In this document: positions 29,985 to 38,345 of the stretch, piece after piece | Position numbering within the stretch: position 1 is the stretch's first letter | How the letters are laid out: each line of letters begins with the position of its first letter | Assembly (NCBI GenBank): GCA_965202625.1 | Contig: CBDBBI010000010.1 | Coordinates: 1,408,001-1,472,000 of the forward strand | DNA from: a bacterium | GTDB taxonomy: Bacteria > UBA8248 | Direction: 5' to 3' | Length of the DNA: 64,000 nucleotides | Notes under the pieces: generated by a model | What the model was told of the DNA's origin: nothing | Seen by the model: the letters and a program-made list of their open reading frames with translations, nothing else | Database searches by the model: none | Made by a program: the position numbers and the translations under genes

Positions 29985-31808
29985 TTATGCGACTGTTACC
30001 GACTTCGCCAGGGCGCGCGGCCTGTCGACGTCACGCTTGAGTGCCACCGCGAGGAAGTAGGCCAGCAGCTGACCTGAGACCAGATGAAGGAAAGGCGCGA
30101 GCAGCGGAGACACTCTCGGCAACACGATCTCCTCGTTGAACAACCCCTCCGTCGCTCCGTCTCCCTCGAAGCGACATCCCAGGACGAAGCCGCCGCGCGC
30201 GCGAATCTCCTCCGCGCTGCTTCGAGTGAGCGCGTGCAGCTCCGCCTCCTCGGGCGTCGGCATCAAGATGATGGTGTCCATGTGCGCATCTATGAGGGAA
30301 ATGGTGCCATGCTTGAGAAAACCCGCGCTCATCCCCTCCGCGTGGAGATAGGTGATCTCCTTCATCTTGAGAGCGCATTCGAGCGCGGCGGGATAATAAA
30401 CGCCGCGTCCCAGATAGAGGCAGTTCTTCATGTGCTGACGCTCCCGTGCCACCGCGTGCACGAAACCCGAGCGCTCGTTGAGCGTCTCCAGCACCAAATC
30501 CGCCAGAGAGGAAACCTCTTTCCTCATCTCCACGACTTCCCGCTCGCTCAGGCGTTTTCGGAGCAGGCCCAGCTCCATCGACGCAAGCAGAAGGATGACC
30601 GCCTGGCTCAGGGCCGCCTTGGTGCTGACGACGCCTTTCTCGGGGCCTGCGCCCTGCAACACAGCAACGTCCGCCGAGCGCACCAGAGTGGAGCCCATCA
30701 CGTTCACGATGCCCGCCGTCCTAGCGCCTTTTGATTTCGCGTGACGAAGCGCGCTCAAGGTGTCATAGGTCTCCCCCGACTGACTCATGGCGCAAAAGCC
30801 ATCCTCCGGGCCGATTTCCGCGATCTGGGAGAATTCATCCGTGCTGACGACGGGCAGATATTTTCCGCCCAGCCGACTAAAAAAATACTGGCCCATGAGC
30901 GCAACGTAGTAGGTCGTTCCCACGCCGCCCAAGAAGCAATGCCGCGATTCGAGCGTTATCTCCGCCAAAGCCCGGATATTTTCCCGAGATATCTGGAGGG
31001 CGGAGCGGACGGTGGAGGGCTGATCGTAAATTTCCTTGAGCATGAAATGCGGATAAGCACCCCGACGCGCCTCCTCCGCCTGCCATTCAATCTCGGTGAC
31101 TTGCTTGTCGATTCTCTCTCGCGTGAGCAGGCTCTTGACCACGTAGCTATCAGGCGTGAGAAGCGCATACTCCCCGTCTTCCATGATGATCGCCCGCTGG
31201 GTGAACTCGCAGAACGCGCTGAAATCAGAGCCAACGTAGTTCGCCTCATCACCCAGTCCGAGGATGAGGGGCGACTCGCGTCTCGCGCAGAAAATCGTCC
31301 CCGGCGCGTCCACGCAAATCACTGCCAAGGCGAACGTGCCCTCGAGCTCCTCAAGAGACTCGACCAGCCCCTCCTCCACGTTTCGGCCATTTTTCGTCAT
31401 TTGCTCGGACAGCAGGTGCGCGACGACCTCCGAATCGGTATCGGAACGAAAAACGGCGCCGCCTTCTTGCAGCTGCTCCCGCAACTCCTTGTAATTCGAA
31501 ATGATGCCGTTGTGGACCACGGCCAGACGGCTTCCATTGTCCGGGTGCGGATGCGCGTTCTCCCGCCTCACGCCGCCATGCGTCGCCCAGCGCGTATGCG
31601 CGATGCCGACTCGTCCCTTCATGTCCGAGAAGCATTCAGTGGAATTCACCTTTTCCACGGTGCCCACATTCTTTCGGATGTCGATGCGCCCGTTTTCCTG
31701 AATCGCCATGCCGCAGGAGTCATAGCCTCTATATTCCAGGGCGGCTATCGCGAGCAGAAGTTTTTGCGAAACGTTGGCACCCGACGCTATTCCCGCTATC
31801 CCGCACAT
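29985..31808 (-). CDS. glmS: glutamine--fructose-6-phosphate aminotransferase
   Basis: MCGIAG, LEYRGYDS, HTRWATHG, SQSGET and PRALAKSVTV motifs. Confidence 0.95.
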   Translation of the reverse strand: MCGIAGIASGANVSQKLLLAIAALEYRGYDSCGMAIQENGRIDIRKNVGTVEKVNSTECFSDMKGRVGIAHTRWATHGGVRRENAHPHPDNGSRLAVVHNGIISNYKELREQLQEGGAVFRSDTDSEVVAHLLSEQMTKNGRNVEEGLVESLEELEGTFALAVICVDAPGTIFCARRESPLILGLGDEANYVGSDFSAFCEFTQRAIIMEDGEYALLTPDSYVVKSLLTRERIDKQVTEIEWQAEEARRGAYPHFMLKEIYDQPSTVRSALQISRENIRALAEITLESRHCFLGGVGTTYYVALMGQYFFSRLGGKYLPVVSTDEFSQIAEIGPEDGFCAMSQSGETYDTLSALRHAKSKGARTAGIVNVMGSTLVRSADVAVLQGAGPEKGVVSTKAALSQAVILLLASMELGLLRKRLSEREVVEMRKEVSSLADLVLETLNERSGFVHAVARERQHMKNCLYLGRGVYYPAALECALKMKEITYLHAEGMSAGFLKHGTISLIDAHMDTIILMPTPEEAELHALTRSSAEEIRARGGFVLGCRFEGDGATEGLFNEEIVLPRVSPLLAPFLHLVSGQLLAYFLAVALKRDVDRPRALAKSVTVA

Positions 31809-31809
31809 G

Positions 31810-33015
31810 CTAACTTCCTCTCGTCGGATAGGTGCAATAATGCGGAACGCTCTCGCCGGGCGGAACGACCGTGCCCGGGGCCAGCGTGTTCGAGGCGCCC
31901 ACCCGCGCCCCGTCTCCCAAAAAAGCGCCCACCTTGTCCAGGCCGGTATCGACGTTTCCCTCGGGCATCCGCACCTCGACGCGAGAGCGATCCAGATGCT
32001 GGGTCAGCGTTATTGTTCCCGAACCCACGACGGCGCCCTCGCCAATCACGCTGTCGCCCACGAACGACAGACGCCCCACCCGAACATCGTCCAGCAGGGT
32101 GCAGTTTTTCAGTTCCACCCCAAACCCGATGGTAGCGTTCGCGCCAATGACAGTATAGGGACGCACCAGAACGCCGTTTCCCAAAAACGTGTTCTCCCCA
32201 ATGAAGCATGGGCCGAATATAGAAACGCCCGATTCGATGACTACGTTCTTCTCGATTATCGCAGGGCCGCGAAACTGCACCGTGCCCCTGAGACGGACGC
32301 TCCCATCCACGCGCGCCTCGCCCCAAGTGCCCATGATCATTCGGTTGCCGTGGAGCAAATCCCAAGGGTGCTGGGCGTCCAGCCAGAACCCCTCGCAAAT
32401 AGAGGAACGCAGGCCCTCCTCGGCGCAAAGCTCGTTCAGCGCCTCGTCCATCTCCAGGCGCTCCAGCAGTTCAAACAACCGGCCGGGCATGACGAACACG
32501 CCGGCCAGAACGTAATTGCCCAACTCATTCCCCGCAGGCTTTTCCACCAGGTGCTTTATGCGCATGTCGTCGCCCAGATACACTGCGCCATAGTCCTGAG
32601 CGTGCGGAGTATGACAAACCGCCGCCACGGGCTGACGAAAGTAGTCAAACGCTTGAACGACCTGTTGGCAGAGGTTTTCCGAGGACAGCATGTCCCCATA
32701 CACGAGCAAGAACGGCTCCTCCGCCTGAAAGCGCGCTTTCACGAGTCTGAGGGCGTCGCGAATTCCCGTGGGCTCCTCCTGACGGATGTAGTGAATCGTC
32801 ATTCCGAAGCTCGCGCCCTGGCCGAATTCGTTGATGATCCTATCGGCGTGAGGGCCGACGACGATGGTCACGTCGCTCACGCCGGCGGCGCGTATGTTCC
32901 GCAACGTCGAACGCAGGAAGGTCTCGCCCGCCACCGGCAGCATGGCCTTTGACCGGGTGCTGGTGAAAGGATAGAGACCGACCCCCCGGCCAGCCGCCAG
33001 TATCAATGCTCTCAC
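31810..33015 (-). CDS. archaeal-type bifunctional sugar-1-phosphate nucleotidylyltransferase/acetyltransferase (GlmU-like)
   Basis: LILAAGRG..LYPFTSTRSKAMLPVAG, LVEKP and a C-terminal LbH domain with LSFVGDSVIG and KVGAFLGD; 401 aa. Confidence 0.85.
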   Translation of the reverse strand: MRALILAAGRGVGLYPFTSTRSKAMLPVAGETFLRSTLRNIRAAGVSDVTIVVGPHADRIINEFGQGASFGMTIHYIRQEEPTGIRDALRLVKARFQAEEPFLLVYGDMLSSENLCQQVVQAFDYFRQPVAAVCHTPHAQDYGAVYLGDDMRIKHLVEKPAGNELGNYVLAGVFVMPGRLFELLERLEMDEALNELCAEEGLRSSICEGFWLDAQHPWDLLHGNRMIMGTWGEARVDGSVRLRGTVQFRGPAIIEKNVVIESGVSIFGPCFIGENTFLGNGVLVRPYTVIGANATIGFGVELKNCTLLDDVRVGRLSFVGDSVIGEGAVVGSGTITLTQHLDRSRVEVRMPEGNVDTGLDKVGAFLGDGARVGASNTLAPGTVVPPGESVPHYCTYPTRGS

Positions 33016-33115
33016 AAGATACCTCTTAAAGATGCGTTGCGTGCGGCCTGAAGACGCGCGGTTTCGATGATTTCCTCATCTTGCTCTGAGGAGCATAGCA
33101 GAATCGGAGTCGTTT

Positions 33116-33886
33116 TCACAGGCTGCGGGACGCAAGGGTCCGCCTTGCGTAGATTCCGCGCGCCTTGCGCAAATCCGCTTGCGTGTTCACGCCCAGGGCT
33201 TCCTCGGGAGCGGCCAGCGAGACGCCGCGCACCGGGCGGTCCGCCGCCCGTGCCAGCCAAAAAACCTCCGGAAGATAAAATTCTCCCTGGCTGTTCTCGG
33301 ACCTGAGCCTCGGCAGGGTGGCGCGCAGAAAAGAGACCTCGAAGACGTAGGCTCCCGTGTTGACTTCCGTAATCTTTTTCTGCGCATCGGTCGCGTCCGC
33401 TTCTTCCACCACGCCCAGGAGCGCATCGCCCTCGCGCGCAACGCGCCCATAGCCGCGCGGATCATCCATCACGGTCGTGAGCATGGTAGCGGCCGCGCGC
33501 GCGTCCGCATGATGGCGGGCCAGTCGCCTTAAAGTGGCGGCCCGCATCAAGGGGGCGTCGCCGCACAACACGAAAAGATGCCCCTCCTGGGCAGGCAAAG
33601 CGGAGAGACCTACTCCGGCGGCGTGACCCGTGCCGAGGCGCTCCTCCTGAAGGGAGAAAATGAGGCCCTCCTCATCGCCTGAGAACGCGCGCCGCACCTC
33701 CTCGGCCTGACGGCCCACGACGATGACGACGGGCGCGGCGCCCGCGCATCTGGCGGCGGCCACGACGTGGCGGATCATGGGCTGGCCGCCCACGGGATGC
33801 AGCACCTTCGCCAGCGGGGACGCCATGCGCCTGCCCTGCCCGGCGGCGAGGACGACGGCGGCCAACGCATCTCTTTCAGACGACAA
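33116..33886 (-). CDS. GlmU N-terminal uridyltransferase domain only
   Basis: VLAAGQGRRMAS...KVLHPVGG, QEERLGTGHA, GYGRV, EVNTG, NSQGEFYL and LGVNT; ends before the LbH domain. Confidence 0.85.
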   Translation of the reverse strand: MSSERDALAAVVLAAGQGRRMASPLAKVLHPVGGQPMIRHVVAAARCAGAAPVVIVVGRQAEEVRRAFSGDEEGLIFSLQEERLGTGHAAGVGLSALPAQEGHLFVLCGDAPLMRAATLRRLARHHADARAAATMLTTVMDDPRGYGRVAREGDALLGVVEEADATDAQKKITEVNTGAYVFEVSFLRATLPRLRSENSQGEFYLPEVFWLARAADRPVRGVSLAAPEEALGVNTQADLRKARGIYARRTLASRSL

Positions 33887-33891
33887 GAATT

Positions 33892-35292
33892 TTATCTCCG
33901 CTTATCTCGGCGGGCGTGGGGAGGGGGGCTCTTGATGAATCCAAACTCTTGCAGCTTTCGTCTCAGCGTATTCCGGTTCATTCCCAGAAGACGCGCCGCC
34001 TTCAACTGGTTTCCTCTCGTTTCGCGGAGCGTCAATTCCAGAAGCGGCTTCTCTACGCTGCGAATCATGTGCCCATAGAAATCGCTGCCCTCCCCCTTGG
34101 CCAGAGAGGCGACCACCGAGGAGAGCCTATCCCGAAAAAATCCCTCTATGTCGTCGCTCTCTCCGCTTCGGGGCGAGGGATTCGCCAAATCCTCAACCGA
34201 GATCAGGTTGCCCTCGCTCAACAGAAAGGCCCGGCACACGCACATATCGAGCTCGGCTTCGTTTCCCCACCATTTTTGTTGAGGGAGCCACTCTAACGCC
34301 GCCGGCGCGATCCGCTTCCTCGACTGCCCCACCCGTCGGGAGAATTCATCCAAGATTTCCTGGGCCACGAGCGCGATGTCCTTTTTTCTTTCGCGCAGGG
34401 GAGGAATCTTGATGACGCAGGTCGATTCACCGTGATACAGGCCCCTCACCACCTCGTCCTGTATCAGTTTTTCGGGATCGTGCGAGCAGCCAAGTATCAG
34501 GCGAAAATCCTCTCCCGCCTTCTCGCCCAAAATCCTGGCCAGCACCCTTTGGCGGTCCGCATCCATATGCTGGGCGTCCTCGACAAAGAGCGTGCCCCCT
34601 TTTTGGATGACGTCCCCCTCGTCTCCGCGTCCTCTCTCCATCCGTATGATGGCCTTGTCCAGCGTCGAGGCGCGCCTCATCTTCGGTCCCCAGTGCAGAA
34701 ACGGATGGTGCTCCCCCGGATGCCGGGCGTGCAAAGCGCGGGCGACGATCTGGAAATTCAGGCCTTTCTCCCCTTCCAGGAGAATGACGCGGCGTCTCTC
34801 GCCCGCCCGCTCCACCATGCGCCTCAGCCCCTCCGCCGCCGCGCTCGTTCCCTGGAGCCGCCATTCGCCCCGCCCCTCCTTCGCTTCGGCGCGAAGCCAC
34901 CGCAACTCCCGACGAAGATGGTTCTCCTCGCTCAGAGCGCGTGCGAACTGAAACACCTCTTGGGGATGCACCTCGTCGACGAAAACGGCGCGCGCACCCG
35001 ACTGGATGCTCAGGGGAGTGAACCCCTTGTTCTCCGGGCGCAGAATCGCCGCAAACGGCTTGTTCGTTTCGCGTATTCTACGCATCGGCGCCACGGCGGC
35101 GCGCTCCGCCACCGCATAGAGAACGAAATCGCACCAGTTCACGCGAGAGCGCGCCTTGTGAAAACTTTGGAAATGAAGCCTCTCCATCCCGAGGCCCTGC
35201 AAGCCCTCGAGCAAACCCTCCCTGCCCGTCGTCAACTCTCCGACGAAGAGCATCTTGGCGCGGCGCGACGTCTCCTTGTCAACCAGATTCAC
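33892..35292 (-). CDS. degenerate NtrC-like sigma-54 interaction/Fis-HTH regulator
   Basis: PPLRERKKDI, WWGNEAEL and HTH GNQLKAARLLGMNRNTLRRK present; Walker A and GAFTGA are not recognisable. Confidence 0.78.
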   Translation of the reverse strand: MNLVDKETSRRAKMLFVGELTTGREGLLEGLQGLGMERLHFQSFHKARSRVNWCDFVLYAVAERAAVAPMRRIRETNKPFAAILRPENKGFTPLSIQSGARAVFVDEVHPQEVFQFARALSEENHLRRELRWLRAEAKEGRGEWRLQGTSAAAEGLRRMVERAGERRRVILLEGEKGLNFQIVARALHARHPGEHHPFLHWGPKMRRASTLDKAIIRMERGRGDEGDVIQKGGTLFVEDAQHMDADRQRVLARILGEKAGEDFRLILGCSHDPEKLIQDEVVRGLYHGESTCVIKIPPLRERKKDIALVAQEILDEFSRRVGQSRKRIAPAALEWLPQQKWWGNEAELDMCVCRAFLLSEGNLISVEDLANPSPRSGESDDIEGFFRDRLSSVVASLAKGEGSDFYGHMIRSVEKPLLELTLRETRGNQLKAARLLGMNRNTLRRKLQEFGFIKSPPPHARRDKRR

Positions 35293-35304
35293 TGACGCAC
35301 CTCC

Positions 35305-35607
35305 TCATGGTTTCCGAAAAACAGGTCCGACGTTCGAGAGGCCGGAGAAAATCAGCGTATCCCCGATGGATGGCTCCTCCCCATCATCCGCTAGGCGCGC
35401 CAGAACGCGCGCGCCCTCCTCAAGTTCGACCAGCGCGATCCGATAAGGCGTCGGCATTCCCTTGGGCCCTATGTGAACGGAGGAAAAACTGTATATCTGC
35501 CCCCGGCCCGAGACTTCCCTCCGCTTCGTCTCGCCGCCGCAATGGCCGCAACGATCAGCCCCCTCCAGGTGGATTCGCCCGCACTCCGCACAAGCGTATA
35601 TCTCCAT
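35305..35607 (-). CDS. Zn-ribbon OB-fold (DUF35) protein
   Basis: CAECG...CGHCG, SGRGQIYSFS and PYRIALVELEEG; follows a thiolase gene. Confidence 0.88.
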   Translation of the reverse strand: MEIYACAECGRIHLEGADRCGHCGGETKRREVSGRGQIYSFSSVHIGPKGMPTPYRIALVELEEGARVLARLADDGEEPSIGDTLIFSGLSNVGPVFRKP

Positions 35608-35633
35608 GAAAGATCGCCCCCTTTTGGCCACTC

Positions 35634-36797
35634 TCAAGCGGCCGTCCCCAGAATGTGCACGACGCAGGTGGCGCCCGAGCCGCCCAGATTATGGGACAGG
35701 CCCACCTTGGCGCCTGGAACCTGACGCGCGCCCGCCTCACCACGCAGATGAAGGGCGAGCTCATGAATCTGCGCTACGCCCGTCGCCCCCACTGGATGCC
35801 CCTTTGATTTCAGACCGCCGCTGGCGTTCACCGGCAGCGCGCCGCCGAGGCGCGTCATGCCCTCGAGCGCGCCGCGCCCCCCCTCGCCTTTGGCAAAAAA
35901 CCCCAGATCTTCAAGCGCCACGATCTCGGCGACCGTGAAGCAATCATGCACCTCGGCCAGGTCAACGTCCTCGCGGCTGAGCCTCGCCTGGGAGAAGGCC
36001 TGCTCCCCCGCCCGCCGCGTGGCGTAAAAAGACGTGATGTCGCGCTTGTCAGAAAGCGCAGGCGAACCAGAAGCCTGGGCCGAGGCGAGAACCCTGATGG
36101 GTTTCTCATGATGCGCGGACGCCATCTCCGCCGGACACAGCGCGACGGCCGCCGCCCCATCGCTGATCGGCGCGCAGTCGAAAAATCCGAGCGGCTCGGC
36201 CACCGGCCTGGCGTCCAGCACCTGGGAGAGCGTCACGTCTTCTCGCACGTGCGCATGGGGGTTGAGCCTGCCATGGGCGTGGTTCTTCACCGCCACCTGG
36301 GCGATGGCCTCACGCGTGGTTCCATGCTCGTGCATGTGCCGCCGGGCGATGAGGGCAAAAAGAGCGGGAAACGTGGAGCCGACGCGCGCCTCTACGCCCA
36401 CGTCTCCGGCCGCGGCGAGGATGGCGGCCGTCTCCTCCGTCTCCATGGTCGTCATTTTCTCCACGCCCGCGACAAGGACAAAATCCGCCTCGCCATGGGC
36501 CACGGCCAACACCCCCTGGCGCATGGCGAGTCCCCCCGAAGCGCAGGCCCCCTCGAGCCGGGTGCAGGGTAGCGCGCCCGCTAGCCCCGCCGCGTGCGCC
36601 ACCATGGGCGCGAGATGGTTCTGGCCGACGAACGCCTGCCCCGCGAAATTTCCCAGAAAAAACGCCTCGATTCGCCCGGGGGCGAGGCCGGCGTCCTGGA
36701 GCGCGCCTCGACAGGCGATCGCGCCCAGGGACACAAGGCCTTCCGCTCTCACGCCAAACGGCGTGATGCCCACCCCAATGATGGCTACGCCCCGCAA
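35634..36797 (-). CDS. thiolase domain protein (SCP-x type)
   Basis: EGACASG, GVEKM, KNH, ISDGAAA, AEVHDCF and KGHPVGATG motifs. Confidence 0.9.
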   Translation of the reverse strand: MRGVAIIGVGITPFGVRAEGLVSLGAIACRGALQDAGLAPGRIEAFFLGNFAGQAFVGQNHLAPMVAHAAGLAGALPCTRLEGACASGGLAMRQGVLAVAHGEADFVLVAGVEKMTTMETEETAAILAAAGDVGVEARVGSTFPALFALIARRHMHEHGTTREAIAQVAVKNHAHGRLNPHAHVREDVTLSQVLDARPVAEPLGFFDCAPISDGAAAVALCPAEMASAHHEKPIRVLASAQASGSPALSDKRDITSFYATRRAGEQAFSQARLSREDVDLAEVHDCFTVAEIVALEDLGFFAKGEGGRGALEGMTRLGGALPVNASGGLKSKGHPVGATGVAQIHELALHLRGEAGARQVPGAKVGLSHNLGGSGATCVVHILGTAA

Positions 36798-36811
36798 TTC
36801 TTACCCCCGAA

Positions 36812-38149
36812 TCATGTGCGGACGCCCGATTCGCCGCGCAAATCCACGAACCTTCGCGCCTTGAACGTCGTCCTTTCAAAAGAACCAAAGGGCAAAACCT
36901 CCACCTCTGGCGTGACGAGGAGCGCAGATTTCAGCCTCTCGCGCAATTTTCTCACCAGACCGGAATCGGCCTTGGCCGATGCGGCCTCGGCGACGACCAC
37001 GCAGCGATCCCGCCCCGTCGATTCATCCGGCCGCAGCTCCACGCGAAATTCGTTGCTGAGGTCGGCGAAACTTCGCACCACTTCCTCCACCTGGACGGGA
37101 TAGAATTTCGCCCCCTTGTAGATGACGAGGTCATCGCTGCGCCCCAGAATGCCGCCGGGCGAGCGCAGGTGCGTTCTGCCGCAAGAGCTGGGAGCGCAAT
37201 CCAGGCGCGCGAAATCGTTCGTCCAGTAGCGCAGCATGGGTGTGGCCTCGCGCGTGAGGTGCGTGATGACGAGAACGCCCGCCTCGCCCTCTCGCGCCGG
37301 TTTTTTCGTATCGGGATCGATCACCTCGACAACATGGTGATCCTCCGCCCAGATGAGGCCGGATTTCGCGGTCGATTCGCTCGCGAAGGTTGGGCCAATC
37401 TCGCCCAGCCCGTAGTAATCATAGGCATGGACGCCGAGGGCGGCCTCGATTCGAGCGCGCGTGGCCGGATTCTGCGCGCCCGCCTCTCCGCCGAACGCGC
37501 CGATTTTTAGGGGGATTTCCTCAGGCTCCACGCCGCTTTCCTGGAGCTTCTCGCCGATATACAAACCATAGCTCGGCGTGCTGAACAGCGCCGTCGAACC
37601 GACGGTGGAGAGGTAGGATATCTGCCGCTCCGTCATTGAGGCGCCAATGGGTATGACGAAACAGCCGATTTTCCGCGTGGCGTAGTGCACGCTCATTCCG
37701 GCGACCCACAAGCCATAGCTGAACGCGTTCTGGACGACGTCACCCGGCCGCACTCCGAAGCTCCACATGGTGCGGGCCGTGAAATCCGCGATGTTCTCGA
37801 CGTCCGTCCGGCTCCAAATCGTGCTGACGGGAACCCCCGTAGTGCCGGTGGAAGGATGCAGCTCGCCCCAGGTCTCCTGCGAGGCGACCGCGTAGCGCCC
37901 GAAGGGCGGGTGCTTTCGCTGCTCGTCTCTGAGCTCCTGCTTCGTCAGGAAAGGAACGTTCCGCAGGTCGTCAAGGGCGCGTATCGAATCGGGCCCCACG
38001 CCCGCCGCGTCGAGACGCTTTCGGTAGAACTCCGATCCCCCATAACAGCGGCGAACCTGCCACTTCAAACGTTCAAGCTGAAGAGAGGCCAATTCGTCCC
38101 TCTCCATGCGCTCGACGCGCTCATTCCAATAATCCCCATTTCCCGACAT
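36812..38149 (-). CDS. phenylacetate--CoA ligase family protein
   Basis: LPF-like VPFLTKQELR, STGTTG, FSYGLW, YGLGE, PMLRY and GRSDD motifs. Confidence 0.88.
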   Translation of the reverse strand: MSGNGDYWNERVERMERDELASLQLERLKWQVRRCYGGSEFYRKRLDAAGVGPDSIRALDDLRNVPFLTKQELRDEQRKHPPFGRYAVASQETWGELHPSTGTTGVPVSTIWSRTDVENIADFTARTMWSFGVRPGDVVQNAFSYGLWVAGMSVHYATRKIGCFVIPIGASMTERQISYLSTVGSTALFSTPSYGLYIGEKLQESGVEPEEIPLKIGAFGGEAGAQNPATRARIEAALGVHAYDYYGLGEIGPTFASESTAKSGLIWAEDHHVVEVIDPDTKKPAREGEAGVLVITHLTREATPMLRYWTNDFARLDCAPSSCGRTHLRSPGGILGRSDDLVIYKGAKFYPVQVEEVVRSFADLSNEFRVELRPDESTGRDRCVVVAEAASAKADSGLVRKLRERLKSALLVTPEVEVLPFGSFERTTFKARRFVDLRGESGVRT

Positions 38150-38345
38150 CGGCGCGAAATCCTGTTCAATAAGGAAAAAGAACCAGAAACCTCCTTCCGG
38201 ACTCGAGAGCGCAACGCCTGAATGGCCGAATATAATCTCGAAGATAAGATGGAGAGGAAGGTAGCACAACACCGCGCGCCGCGCCAGAAAAACGTATTCT
38301 TCCGAAAGAGAAACCTCGCGGAACGCACCTCCAGCGGCGGTGGAT

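Noticed and set aside
33116-33118. TGA ending the GlmU N-domain as a possible Sec or readthrough codon
   Set aside because: The downstream frame has no LbH-like sequence and stops again shortly after.
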